From: Escherichia phage W70
Sequence record: OP778610
DNA length: 64,000 bases
Reading direction: 5' to 3' (one strand)
Under the pieces are notes generated by a model that saw only the letters and a list, made by a program, of their open reading frames with translations, made no database searches and was not told the DNA's origin. Positions 29,120 to 39,372 of the stretch are shown in pieces. How positions within the stretch are numbered: the stretch's first letter is position 1; each line of letters begins with the position of its first letter. The position numbers and the translations under genes are program-made.

Positions 29120-29807
29120 CGGTACTCCCTATTTGTAATGGTACAATACCTAAAGCTTCCAAGCCTGCCTCTACAACCTTACGATTTACAGAAGCTTCGA
29201 ACTCTGCTTGTGCTTTCGCCTTAACAACCTCGGAGTTTTCCTTAAACACGTTGATCGCATGTTGAGTGATATCCGGCAGCTTTGAATGAACACGAGTGAT
29301 CTTATTCTTAAGTTCAGTCAATTCTTTCTTTGTTGCCTTACCTTTCTCAATAAGTTGCTGGACTTCAATTACGGCTTCCAGATGGTCCTTTAAAAGATCT
29401 TTTAAGTCTTTATCCACGTTCAAGCCGATCATGTCAGAACTATTTTGTTGTCCCTCAATGCCAGGAACATATCCATCGCCCTTGATATATCTTAATGTAA
29501 TTGGTACGCCTTGTCCACTATGAGATGCAACTAACTCTGCCCATTGGTAAGATGTTAATTCAATCTCAATGATACGAGAGTTTCGTGACGTATAATAAGA
29601 CGGCAAACCATAAGAGATCTCCTGGTATGCGGTATCAATACGTAAACAAACACGTTGATTGTGGGTAGTATCTGATCCGAACATTTCCACATTCCCACCA
29701 GTTGGGTGAGTGATTGATGCCAACCCATAAGCTGGATGTGTCTGGATTACACGTTCAAATACCCCAGCTTCAGACAATTTTACTTCGGGCTTCATTACGT
29801 TTCTCAT
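29112..29807 (-). CDS. hypothetical protein
   Basis: 231-aa ORF. Confidence 0.5.
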   Translation of the reverse strand: MRNVMKPEVKLSEAGVFERVIQTHPAYGLASITHPTGGNVEMFGSDTTHNQRVCLRIDTAYQEISYGLPSYYTSRNSRIIEIELTSYQWAELVASHSGQGVPITLRYIKGDGYVPGIEGQQNSSDMIGLNVDKDLKDLLKDHLEAVIEVQQLIEKGKATKKELTELKNKITRVHSKLPDITQHAINVFKENSEVVKAKAQAEFEASVNRKVVEAGLEALGIVPLQIGSTDD

Positions 29808-29815
29808 AAAATCCC

Positions 29816-30016
29816 CTATTTTATTTTTACAATGTGTTTAGAAGTTCTTCGGATTCTTTGGGTCCTTGTCCAAGTTGGGTCAACATACTCTATTTCTGCC
29901 AGACCCTTACTCGGGATGATTCTGGTGATAATACCCTTAAATATAGTTTTACGATCGTCATATGTAAAAGCTACTTTGTCACCAACTTTGATCTCTGTAC
30001 CCATTAAATCTTTCAA
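29816..30016 (-). CDS. hypothetical protein
   Basis: 66-aa ORF. Confidence 0.4.
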   Translation of the reverse strand: MKDLMGTEIKVGDKVAFTYDDRKTIFKGIITRIIPSKGLAEIEYVDPTWTRTQRIRRTSKHIVKIK

Positions 30017-30020
30017 ATCA

Positions 30021-30245
30021 TCAACCCCGTCTTTCTTTCAATTCCTGTAAGAACAACTCATCAGCAAGATTATTTAAACTTTCTGCCAGATTGCGAGCTT
30101 GTTCACGAGTGACACGAATACCAACAGAATCACAACCTTCGCGATCACAATAGTCAATACCGATTAGGATTTTACCTTTTTCAGTTGAAGGCGTAATATT
30201 AATTTCTGCCTGATAATCTACGCCAATGTCCTGGAATGTCATCAT
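30021..30245 (-). CDS. hypothetical protein
   Basis: 74-aa ORF. Confidence 0.4.
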   Translation of the reverse strand: MMTFQDIGVDYQAEINITPSTEKGKILIGIDYCDREGCDSVGIRVTREQARNLAESLNNLADELFLQELKERRG

Positions 30246-30399
30246 TTTGTGTATACCTCTTGTATTTCTGCGATTAATGTTTCAGAGGAACTGGCAATCT
30301 CTGCTCGGACTTCCTCTGCTTTTTCTTTGTCTTCAAATAAGGTTGGATGAATTTGAGCATCCTCTCCACAATACAGACACAGTATAGCATAATACTTCA

Positions 30400-30762
30400 T
30401 TACTCGTTACCTTTTTCTTCTTCATGCGGTTTAACAATAATCTCTTCAATAATCTTAGGGTCAATGCTTTTAGTATACATAAAAGTATAAAGCGCCGTTT
30501 TCAAAGATGCACGTTTACCATAGTAATGATCTGTGATGCCATTCTGTTTTGACAGTTTATGAATCTCCACTATTTTACTTTCAACTTCTTCGTTGGAGAT
30601 CTCTATATACTCGACTGCTGACATGCGTTCGATAAATATTGCATTAAGACCGTATAACTTGGCATCTCGCTCCACGTACTCTTTAAATCGCTGCCACTCT
30701 ACCTCATCTTTGATAAGGTCTGCGATCTTAAAGATTACTGGATGTTTGTGTGATTCAGTCAT
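30400..30762 (-). CDS. hypothetical protein
   Basis: 120-aa ORF. Confidence 0.5.
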   Translation of the reverse strand: MTESHKHPVIFKIADLIKDEVEWQRFKEYVERDAKLYGLNAIFIERMSAVEYIEISNEEVESKIVEIHKLSKQNGITDHYYGKRASLKTALYTFMYTKSIDPKIIEEIIVKPHEEEKGNE

Positions 30763-30817
30763 TTATTTCTCCTCGTTTGTTTTGATAGGGTCATATTACA
30801 TGACCCTTGATATAGTG

Positions 30818-31075
30818 TCAACTAAAAATTAAAGAAACAACGTGGTAAATTACTTGAGGGACGATGATCAGGAAGTACAGATCAACAAATCCCGAGAGAA
30901 AGTGATAAGCCTTCAGCTTTGTACGTTTACCTTTGTAAAAATCATAGATGATTTTGAAATATTTATAAAGATTCCTTAAAAGTCCAAAACCGATCAACCC
31001 CAATCCCGTAAGAACCACAACAAACAATGAAAACTGCACGTCCGCACTAAAAACACCAATAATAAGATCTAACAT
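30818..31075 (-). CDS. small membrane protein
   Basis: Two hydrophobic stretches. Confidence 0.45.
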   Translation of the reverse strand: MLDLIIGVFSADVQFSLFVVVLTGLGLIGFGLLRNLYKYFKIIYDFYKGKRTKLKAYHFLSGFVDLYFLIIVPQVIYHVVSLIFS

Positions 31076-31350
31076 TAAATTTCCTCCAAATCAGACTCTA
31101 CAATATAGATACCTGGTGAAACTCTATAAGCCCAAGTGTTAAAAGTACAAGAATACATAATTCCTTTTACTCTGTAAGTTTTATTTGCAAACTGGCTCAC
31201 AGGGTTAGTGACTTTCACCATTGTGTCACTTGCAAACTTTGGCATACCATGCTGTGAAATTGCTTCACGATCAATCTTATAAACATCTCTCCCAAAGAAC
31301 TTTTCCAGTGGGCAAAGATTATTCTCAAAATCAGTACCCATAGTCAACAT
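31075..31350 (-). CDS. hypothetical protein
   Basis: 91-aa ORF. Confidence 0.4.
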   Translation of the reverse strand: MLTMGTDFENNLCPLEKFFGRDVYKIDREAISQHGMPKFASDTMVKVTNPVSQFANKTYRVKGIMYSCTFNTWAYRVSPGIYIVESDLEEI

Positions 31351-31597
31351 TTCCTGTAATTACCGAAGTGCTTTTGGTTGTCTTGCCATTTGAAGTCTGA
31401 ACATGAGTATCTGCATGAGGGCAATATACTACATTTAGATTCACATGACTCGGACCAGATTCAAGACGATAAATCTTACAACCTGCCTTTTCCATTTCTT
31501 GTGGCAAAACATAACCGAAAGTCTTATCGACAGCCGACTTTTGATCACAACCAGAAATGAAACACAGCATAAAAATCGCAGCAATAATCTTTTTCAT
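31331..31597 (-). CDS. putative lipoprotein
   Basis: N-terminus MKKIIAAIFMLCFISGC (lipobox-like). Confidence 0.55.
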   Translation of the reverse strand: MKKIIAAIFMLCFISGCDQKSAVDKTFGYVLPQEMEKAGCKIYRLESGPSHVNLNVVYCPHADTHVQTSNGKTTKSTSVITGNVDYGY

Positions 31598-31944
31598 TTT
31601 ACCTCCATCATAAACACTTTAACTTTTCGTATCTCTAATCTTACTTTATTAGAGCCTTGAAGTCTATTTCTTTTTTCAACCGCATCATTAATATCACCAT
31701 AAAAGTAGTGATCCTTGCCTATTGTCGGTATTCCATTACCGCCTTGCATAGCCAGTGTATACATTTCCTTTCCACCTTGCAACCCTTTTGATACCTTTTC
31801 TTCAAAATATTTATTGAATTGGGTTGGTGAGGTATCAATCTTTGCATCTTCTTCCCATCCCATAACTTTATCCCAAAAACGGTCAATCTTGTCAAGAACT
31901 TTATTACTAATCTTTTTAATCTTCTTCAACATAATCTTCCCCAT
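31594..31944 (-). CDS. hypothetical protein
   Basis: 116-aa ORF. Confidence 0.45.
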   Translation of the reverse strand: MGKIMLKKIKKISNKVLDKIDRFWDKVMGWEEDAKIDTSPTQFNKYFEEKVSKGLQGGKEMYTLAMQGGNGIPTIGKDHYFYGDINDAVEKRNRLQGSNKVRLEIRKVKVFMMEVK

Positions 31945-32404
31945 TATTTATTTGGATACCGAAACGATTTTCGTTAGTGGAAAAGAAACCATTTTCCATG
32001 CGGCGAATCTCTTCTTTCATCACTTCCTGCATCGTTAATTTAAGGATTTCTTTGTTTAATTTTGGCTTAACTTCATGAAGCTTGTCAAGAAGTTTTTCCA
32101 TTTCTTCTTTTACTTTTTCTTCCTCATTTTCTATTTCTAATTGGTCCATCGCATCTTTGCAAACACAGCAATGACCTATTACTCTTAAAATGTGGTTTTG
32201 TATAGGTAATGCTTTTCTACCACAATAACCACAAAGAATAGAACCACCAGAGTTTCGGGCATCCACTGTCAATGTAGGTTTGGCCCCTTTTGCCTGAGAA
32301 TGCCAAGTCTTTTTGCCTTGGTAATCATACATAAAGAATTCATAGGATCTCTCATCAACGTGATCTTCGAGCATATGTAAAGTTCGTGTATTGAAATGTT
32401 TCAT
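31916..32404 (-). CDS. hypothetical zinc-ribbon protein
   Basis: CGYCG...HCCVC cysteine pairs. Confidence 0.5.
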   Translation of the reverse strand: MKHFNTRTLHMLEDHVDERSYEFFMYDYQGKKTWHSQAKGAKPTLTVDARNSGGSILCGYCGRKALPIQNHILRVIGHCCVCKDAMDQLEIENEEEKVKEEMEKLLDKLHEVKPKLNKEILKLTMQEVMKEEIRRMENGFFSTNENRFGIQINNGEDYVEED

Positions 32405-32526
32405 CTTTAAACCTCTCGTCGTTTGTATGAGCTAACTATACGAGAACTTGAGAGGAAGATCAATACTTGATTTGCATTTTATTTTCATTATACTGTGCAC
32501 ATCTAAAACGAGAAGGAGTGTAATAA
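32405..32526. promoter_or_regulatory. divergent promoter region
   Basis: AT-rich 120-bp gap between divergent gene arrays; TTGATT...TATACT-like elements; GGAG RBS before 32527. Confidence 0.4.
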
Positions 32527-33090
32527 ATGAGTCAAGATAAAGAGTTAGCCATTGCAATATCGACAGCAGCTTCTGCACACGTTAACCAGGTAGATAAAGG
32601 AGGGAATATCTACATCCTTCATCCTTTACAGGTGATGCAGACACTGCAACAAAAAGGAAGAGAGGATTTAATGGCAGCAGGTGTTTTGCACGACGTGATT
32701 GAAGACACTAATCTCACTATGGTAGATCTCTTTAGAATGGGTATTTCAGAAAGAACTCTGGAGATTGTCGATGCAGTAACAAAGAAACGTAAGCAATCTT
32801 CATCTGATTACCTAGAGGGGATTTTAGAGAGTGAGGGTGCTTGTCATGTTAAGCTTGCGGATCTTAAACACAACTTAGATATTCTGCGAACTTGTAGCAC
32901 CACAGAAAAAGACTTGCAACGGGTCAGGAAGTATGTAACAATGCACTTGTTGATTACGGAGATGGTTGATTGGTATGAAAGTATCGGAAGGTATCTCGAT
33001 TATTGTGATTCTTTTGCCTATTCTAGCTATCTCGACGAACGTAAAGAATTTGTTCAGAAACTTATTAAAAAATGGAAGGAGTTTAAATGA
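32527..33090 (+). CDS. small alarmone hydrolase (SpoT/Mesh1-type HD-domain (p)ppGpp hydrolase)
   Basis: IYILHPLQV and AAGVLHDVIEDT motifs; 187 aa single-domain. Confidence 0.7.
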   Translation: MSQDKELAIAISTAASAHVNQVDKGGNIYILHPLQVMQTLQQKGREDLMAAGVLHDVIEDTNLTMVDLFRMGISERTLEIVDAVTKKRKQSSSDYLEGILESEGACHVKLADLKHNLDILRTCSTTEKDLQRVRKYVTMHLLITEMVDWYESIGRYLDYCDSFAYSSYLDERKEFVQKLIKKWKEFK

Positions 33091-33620
33091 AAAAGGTATT
33101 GAGTATTGAGCCGTTCACAACAACATACTTTGACGATTTGGAACGTCATGGTGATTATGGGGTACAAGACGCTGATGGTTGGAAAGAATTCCCTGAAGAA
33201 ACAAAAGGTGACATTACAAAGCTCGGTTGTAAGATCAATGGTGAAGAACCGAAAGGTGTTTACACCATGTTTTCTTTCCTTGAAGCTATGAATCCAACAT
33301 ACAAGGGGGATAGACAATTCGGTTTTTCTTTTGCATCATTCCTTACTTGCAGTTGTGGTCACGGGGGTTGTGCAGGCTATCATGATAATGTGGTTATTCG
33401 ACGTAAAAAGAACACGGTGATGGTCGTAGGGAAAAAGGAAGATGGTTACAACGAAGGTGTTGTATTGACAGGGGAGTCTGTTGTATACTTCGATAAAGAG
33501 CAATGGGACAGCGTTCTGGACCACTACCTTAAACTCTTTAAAGAAAATCCAGATGGTGTTTTTGAAGATACAGGTTTTATGTTCACTGGTCGTTGGGGGA
33601 CTAAAAATTTTTCAAAATAA
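33087..33620 (+). CDS. hypothetical Cys-rich protein
   Basis: Start overlaps hydrolase stop; CSCGHGGCAGYHD cluster. Confidence 0.5.
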   Translation: MKKVLSIEPFTTTYFDDLERHGDYGVQDADGWKEFPEETKGDITKLGCKINGEEPKGVYTMFSFLEAMNPTYKGDRQFGFSFASFLTCSCGHGGCAGYHDNVVIRRKKNTVMVVGKKEDGYNEGVVLTGESVVYFDKEQWDSVLDHYLKLFKENPDGVFEDTGFMFTGRWGTKNFSK

Positions 33621-33690
33621 CTTAAAAACTGGTTGACTTAAGAAATAGAAAAGATATACTTATCACATCAAAAACAAGAGGAGATATAAA

Positions 33691-34920
33691 ATGCAAGCAA
33701 CTTATCAACGTATGGACCAAACCATGTTCAAAAAACGTATCAGTATCCGTGATATGGAACCACTGATCCGTCTGGGCGCTTCCATCGGTAAGACCGTGTT
33801 CTTTTTTGGTGGTGCAGGTCTTGGTAAGTCTGAAAAAGTAAAACAGATCGCGGACTCTATGTTCCCACATCGTGTAGGCAATAACCTGTGTGATGTTCGT
33901 CTGTCTGATAAAGAGCCACAAGATATTGCAGGCATTCCGATTCCGATCTCTTATCCAGATCCAAAGACTGGTGAAGAAGTTACCCGTACTGTATATGCTG
34001 TTCCAAACTTCTGGCCTACCGATCCTGATTGGGAAGGTATCGTGTTCCTGGATGAACTGCCGAACGCACCATTGGGTACTCAGCACTCTGCATATCAGGT
34101 TATTCTTGATCACGTTGCAGGTGAGCATAAGTTCCCGAAAGGTACTGTGTTTGTAGGTGCGGGTAACCGTGATACTGATGGAGCAGGGACAACATCTATG
34201 CCTGGTCCACTGGTTAACCGTATGATCATCGCCGAGGTTGATTATAATCTGGATGTGTGGATCGAAGATTATGCGATTCCGTTCCGTCTGCATCCGAACA
34301 TTATTGGTTTCTTGAAGCAGTTTCCAGAGCATTTCTATACTGGTGACGTAGAAAACCGAAGCACTCCGGTTTATTCATCTCCTCGTCAATGGAAAACAGC
34401 ATCTGACATTCTGTATAAGTACGATGCTGGCGAGATTAATGAATTTATCGCAGAGGTTGCCCTGGCAGGTACAGTTGGTGAAGGCTTGGAAGTACAGATC
34501 CTTGCTTACCATTTACGTGCTAAAGAACTTCCTCCGATTGAAGATATCTTTAGTGGTGCAGTTAAAGAACATAAACTTGATCGCAGTAAGAACGACCTTG
34601 TTTACGTACTGGCACAAACTGGTCTGCGTCGTATGGAAGATGAAGTTATGGATAACGATATGACTGATGATAAGTTCCTTGAACGTGCAGGTAACTTCCT
34701 TACGTTCATGTACAATAACTATTATGCAAACAACAAGGATACGATGATTGCTTTGATCTTGGGCGTGTTCCGTGGTCCAAACGATAAGCCATCTATCCTG
34801 ACTGTTAACCCGAAACGTCAGAAAATGATTCCGCTCATGCGTAAAAGTTGCCCGACTGTTTCTGCCGCAGTTATGGAATACATGACTCGCTATGGTCAAC
34901 TGATTAAAGAATTCGAATAA
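33691..34920 (+). CDS. MoxR-like AAA+ ATPase
   Basis: Walker A GGAGLGKS, Walker B VFLDELPNA, GAGNRDTDG. Confidence 0.65.
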   Translation: MQATYQRMDQTMFKKRISIRDMEPLIRLGASIGKTVFFFGGAGLGKSEKVKQIADSMFPHRVGNNLCDVRLSDKEPQDIAGIPIPISYPDPKTGEEVTRTVYAVPNFWPTDPDWEGIVFLDELPNAPLGTQHSAYQVILDHVAGEHKFPKGTVFVGAGNRDTDGAGTTSMPGPLVNRMIIAEVDYNLDVWIEDYAIPFRLHPNIIGFLKQFPEHFYTGDVENRSTPVYSSPRQWKTASDILYKYDAGEINEFIAEVALAGTVGEGLEVQILAYHLRAKELPPIEDIFSGAVKEHKLDRSKNDLVYVLAQTGLRRMEDEVMDNDMTDDKFLERAGNFLTFMYNNYYANNKDTMIALILGVFRGPNDKPSILTVNPKRQKMIPLMRKSCPTVSAAVMEYMTRYGQLIKEFE

Positions 34921-35000
34921 TCTCTTGACAACGAAAAACAGTTAACTTAATATAAGGGCATCTCGAAAGAGGTGTCCTTTTTTAATTTGGAGAAAATGAA

Positions 35001-36539
35001 ATGGCAAAACTTACGATTGAAGAAAGCAATATGATTGAAATGCAAGTCTCTGAAGCAGAGCGTATCATCGAGGCTGCTAGTCTACAACTGATGCGGTTTA
35101 AGCCCTTCTACGGGGTAATGCTTTCTTCTATGCCTGTTAAAAAGGCGACGGAGTGGTGTAGTACAATGGCGACTGATGGACGTAACCTGTATTACCATCC
35201 AGAGTTCGTTGCAGGTATGACAGAAGAACGTAAAAAATTGGTACTTGATCGACTTTCCAAAACTGAGAAAGATCCTAAAAAGCTGAAAGAGTCCACTGAG
35301 TTTATTAATGTCTTCTATCGTCGCAAGACTGCCCGTGAGCTTGCTCTTATTCTTGAGCACGAATGTGATCATGTGATCTCTGATCATGCCTCTCGTGGTA
35401 AAGGATTTAATCATGAACTTTACAACATTGCGGCTGACCATCGTATCAATACAACGGCTGTGCTTATTCACCAAAAAGGGGATGAGTTAGGTAAAGCATG
35501 GTTCCCTGCCGGAGAGAGAACAGTATTTGATAAGAATGCTGAGTTTGGATTTATGGCCTGGTCTTACTGTGATTTCCGATTCAAAGATATGTATACTGAG
35601 CAGATCTATGAAATCCTGAATAAAGAGCAAGATGATAAAGAAAAATCCAAAGGACAAGGTTCTGGTTCTGGAAGTGGAGAGGGTGATGGTGAAGAGGGTG
35701 ATCAAGGTCGTAAAGGTGTTGATCAGCACATGGACCAGAACGGCGATCCAGAAGATTCAGAAGGCGATAGTGTCGAAGATGCGTTAGGAATCGACCGTAA
35801 AGCGAAGCCTAAGCAAACAGCAGAGGAACGCCAGTATAACGATGGGGTTATGCGTCGAGCCATTGAGAATGCCGTACAGGCAGCAGGAAGCGGTGCGCCG
35901 GAAGATGCTCGTCGTTTTGTAGAAGCAGCAGGTAAACCAAAGATTAACTATCTTCGTTTGTTGCGTAAAACTATTGAACGTCTGTTTAAAGATGATGTAT
36001 CATATCGTCGTTTGTCACGCCGTAGTCACTCGTTAACTCGAACTCTTCGTAGTTCTGGTTACTTGTCTGGACGACAGACGATTGGTTTACCATCGAAGAA
36101 CAAACAGAAGACTATTCGTGCGGGTGTCTTCTTCGACGTATCGGGATCATTTAACGATGATCTATTGCGTCCAACAATGCGTGAGATTCGTGGATTATGT
36201 AATCTTTACGACGAATTTGAGGTCACGATGGCTTGCTGGTCAACAAAGGTTGGTAACATCGAGACGTATACGAAAAGAAACGTTGGTGAGATTGCTGACT
36301 ATAAGATCAAAACGACATTTGGTACGGATGTTTCTTGTGTGTTTGAAGCATTAGATGAAATGGAAGACCCTATGGATCAGATCATCATCTATACTGACGG
36401 TTACTTTGCTGATGTATCCCAAAAGAAAGATTGGGCCAAAAAGTATGGTAAGAATGTTCTTTGGATCATCCTGGGCCGTGGGTCTTCGTTCACCCCACCT
36501 TTCGGCAAGGCAATTGATTTTGACAAGTATCTTAAATAA
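35001..36539 (+). CDS. putative metallopeptidase-vWA domain protein
   Basis: HExxH in ILEHECDHV; acidic Gly/Ser linker; C-terminal FFDVSGSFNDD MIDAS-like motif. Confidence 0.6.
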   Translation: MAKLTIEESNMIEMQVSEAERIIEAASLQLMRFKPFYGVMLSSMPVKKATEWCSTMATDGRNLYYHPEFVAGMTEERKKLVLDRLSKTEKDPKKLKESTEFINVFYRRKTARELALILEHECDHVISDHASRGKGFNHELYNIAADHRINTTAVLIHQKGDELGKAWFPAGERTVFDKNAEFGFMAWSYCDFRFKDMYTEQIYEILNKEQDDKEKSKGQGSGSGSGEGDGEEGDQGRKGVDQHMDQNGDPEDSEGDSVEDALGIDRKAKPKQTAEERQYNDGVMRRAIENAVQAAGSGAPEDARRFVEAAGKPKINYLRLLRKTIERLFKDDVSYRRLSRRSHSLTRTLRSSGYLSGRQTIGLPSKNKQKTIRAGVFFDVSGSFNDDLLRPTMREIRGLCNLYDEFEVTMACWSTKVGNIETYTKRNVGEIADYKIKTTFGTDVSCVFEALDEMEDPMDQIIIYTDGYFADVSQKKDWAKKYGKNVLWIILGRGSSFTPPFGKAIDFDKYLK

Positions 36540-36548
36540 GGAGGGTCT

Positions 36549-36920
36549 TTGAGCGAGTATACTTACAAGTTGTCAGTTGGTAGGCGTGGTGTGGTTATGA
36601 CTATCAACATGATTAATGAGAGTGCGGAGGCTGTGAAGTGGTGGGCCTCCACCTTTAATGGGAAAGGTTTTACTTTATCGCGTCATAAGATTGAATCAGG
36701 AAAGCCGATAGATCTTGTCAAGGAGGACACTTTCTTGTATCCTGATCGTATCAGTGATGAAGACATTGATTTCCTGTCTGCCACGGTTGGTAGTTTGTTG
36801 GATGAAGAGCCGGATATTATAAGGTTGCTCTCTTTGCTTACGGCAATGTGGTCAGCAGGTCATGACGAGGAAAGTATGCACACGATGGTAAGGAATACGT
36901 TGAGACGTTGGTCTAAGTAA
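36549..36920 (+). CDS. hypothetical protein
   Basis: 123-aa ORF. Confidence 0.45.
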   Translation: MSEYTYKLSVGRRGVVMTINMINESAEAVKWWASTFNGKGFTLSRHKIESGKPIDLVKEDTFLYPDRISDEDIDFLSATVGSLLDEEPDIIRLLSLLTAMWSAGHDEESMHTMVRNTLRRWSK

Positions 36921-37240
36921 CAACATTTCCTTTATGCCCGTTTAGGCATACAATACTATATTAGATGATAAACCCCTCAACCTGCTCGGTTGCTTCGACG
37001 GGGTTTATATATCTATTAAAAAATTAACCACACTCACATTCGTTCGGTACTTAATTTTTTAAGTCCCCACAAAATTGTGTTGACACCACAATAGAACACA
37101 TGTAGAGTTAACAACAGAAGGAAAGTTACTTGGATAAGTTTTACGTATACTGTCTAACATTGGGATTGATACTCTTGATCGTTGGATCAATAGGTAAAGT
37201 TTTACTCAATAGTTTTGGAATTTATTAAGAGGAGATCGTA

Positions 37241-37483
37241 ATGAGAGTACGTCAACATCGTGGTACACTGATTGAGAGTTTGAAGACTGTTAAACAGATC
37301 GATAGTACAAAACAGGCTCTTGTGGATCATATCAATAAAGAGTTAGGTAAACCGTTTAACTTCTCTGTTGATTCGATCAGTATTGTGGAAAAGGGAGTTG
37401 ATGAGCGTATCAACTGGAACAACCATCTGATCCTGATTGATGGTTTTGGTGTATTTGGTTATTGTGATCAACATCCTGTTTAA
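37241..37483 (+). CDS. hypothetical protein
   Basis: GAGGAG RBS upstream. Confidence 0.5.
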   Translation: MRVRQHRGTLIESLKTVKQIDSTKQALVDHINKELGKPFNFSVDSISIVEKGVDERINWNNHLILIDGFGVFGYCDQHPV

Positions 37484-37603
37484 GAGGTGGTTATGGGTAT
37501 TAAATGGTGGTTGTTTGTAGTTCCTGCAAATGATAATGCAGGTGGTGATGGTAAACGTGCAGTCGCACAAACCTATGTCTATGGTCGTCGTTGAGGAGTT
37601 ATT

Positions 37604-38011
37604 ATGGATGCTTTTTTGAGTATGGTGTTTGCACTGACAGTGGTTGATTGGGTATTTATCGGTATCTATTTGCTGTGTATTCCTTTTGTGGTCTGGTTCT
37701 ACATTGACCTTTTGGCAGGTACTGGCAAGGTAAGTGGGATGGACTACTTCATGTTTATTGTTGTGATCCTGATGGGGCCTTTAGCTTTGTTGTCTTTCCT
37801 TATTGCAAACATTGTGGTAAGAGGGGGCGCTATCAAACAAGCCATTCTTTTAAAGGTGAGTGGAACTGATATCGGTAAGAAGATCATTGTCTGGAACATT
37901 ACACGTAAGCTTAAGAAGACTGATACCAAATGGGTTAATCCTTTAGAGCGAGCCGTTCAGAAACGTCACAAAGTCTTAATAGGGAGAAAACATGGGAAAT
38001 GCAATCCGTAA
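37604..38011 (+). CDS. membrane protein
   Basis: Three hydrophobic segments. Confidence 0.5.
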   Translation: MDAFLSMVFALTVVDWVFIGIYLLCIPFVVWFYIDLLAGTGKVSGMDYFMFIVVILMGPLALLSFLIANIVVRGGAIKQAILLKVSGTDIGKKIIVWNITRKLKKTDTKWVNPLERAVQKRHKVLIGRKHGKCNP

Positions 38012-38152
38012 AATCAAGTGGAAGTTTTGGGAATACGCGCTGGTTGTTGCTGGATATCTTTTCGGATACGGTCATGAAGTGTACTATGGTGTGAAGCATA
38101 ATCGAAACATGGCGTACTTCGCGTGGAAGTTTCCAGAGCGTAAGGAAAAGAA

Positions 38153-38674
38153 ATGAAAGTCACAGAAAGCTTAGTTAAAAAGGTTCGAATAGAAGAACTC
38201 CAGGAAGAAAGACTCGACCCTATCGAGGTTATCATTGAGAACTACGAGAATGGCAGAGGTAAGCTTATAGTCACCTCAAGTGGCAAGTCTTGGGTAGGCC
38301 AATGGAATGCAATGGGAGGTAGTGTAGAGTCCTTCATCCAACGTGTAGATAATGACTACCTTATCGGATGTATGGGTCGAGCGCCTAAATTTATTGAAGA
38401 TAAGGATGAAGATCCTGTTTTCATTAAGAAGATGATCTTGAAGTATCGTCGGAATGATTCGATAACCGAAGAAAAGGCGAGAAGGGCTTGGGATTATATA
38501 GATACATATTCCCCTGATCGTGATGATATCTTTTATTGGGTTCCTTTTGCGCTTCAACCCCTGAAGGAGTTGGAAGAGCCTTGGTATCTTGACTGGCCTA
38601 CAAAAGTCAATACGGAGTATGTACACCAAAGTAAGATCCTAGATATTGTTCGTAAAGCAATAAGGCCAAATTAA
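38153..38674 (+). CDS. hypothetical protein
   Basis: 173-aa ORF. Confidence 0.5.
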   Translation: MKVTESLVKKVRIEELQEERLDPIEVIIENYENGRGKLIVTSSGKSWVGQWNAMGGSVESFIQRVDNDYLIGCMGRAPKFIEDKDEDPVFIKKMILKYRRNDSITEEKARRAWDYIDTYSPDRDDIFYWVPFALQPLKELEEPWYLDWPTKVNTEYVHQSKILDIVRKAIRPN

Positions 38675-38745
38675 TAACGAGAAGGGGTTGACGAGAGTCG
38701 CCCCTTGAGTTAAACTTCAGTTATCAAAACAAAGAGGAGAAAGAA

Positions 38746-39369
38746 ATGGCTATATATGCAAAACTGAAAGAAAGTAAGAAAAGTTATTTTATTTCGATGG
38801 ACCCATCTAACCGACGTATGATTGAAAATCATGGTGATCGATTCATTGTTCGACCTTCTGAGAATAACGATTCTTACTTACGTCCGGTGGGTCCACGTAT
38901 TGAGGGTCAGTTCTTAACATCCCGAGATATCGAAGAGTATTTTACATTCTTTCCTGAATGGTCAGCAGAGTCAGCAGAATACATCGTTAACTTGGCGATC
39001 CCGCAGGGTCAAGTGTCTATTGATGATCAGTATCTGTTGGGTGATTTAACTGGGGACTATAGAATTAAAACAAGCCACCCGAATATGTGGCGACTGTATA
39101 ACAACTCTACTAACCCTGATGATTATGTCCTAATCAAGCAGAGTAATTTGGAGAAATATTTTACCTTGCAAGAAGACTCCTTAAAGAAAGCACTGAAGAA
39201 GTTTGACAATTACACCCCTGCACCTGTAGAAAAAGAACAGGAAGTTGTAGATACGGATGTTTTTGAAGTGAACATTAAGCGCACAGTCAGGGTTAAGGAT
39301 GCGGAAGTCACAGAGGACAATCTGGATCAATTCATTGCACAGCTTACTAAACTGGTTAAAGGAGAATAA
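38746..39369 (+). CDS. hypothetical protein
   Basis: GAGGAG RBS; 207 aa. Confidence 0.55.
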   Translation: MAIYAKLKESKKSYFISMDPSNRRMIENHGDRFIVRPSENNDSYLRPVGPRIEGQFLTSRDIEEYFTFFPEWSAESAEYIVNLAIPQGQVSIDDQYLLGDLTGDYRIKTSHPNMWRLYNNSTNPDDYVLIKQSNLEKYFTLQEDSLKKALKKFDNYTPAPVEKEQEVVDTDVFEVNIKRTVRVKDAEVTEDNLDQFIAQLTKLVKGE

Positions 39370-39372
39370 AAG

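Noticed and set aside
37130-37230. 30-aa hydrophobic ORF starting at TTG upstream of 37241
   Set aside because: Non-ATG start, no clear RBS, and it overlaps a promoter-like region.
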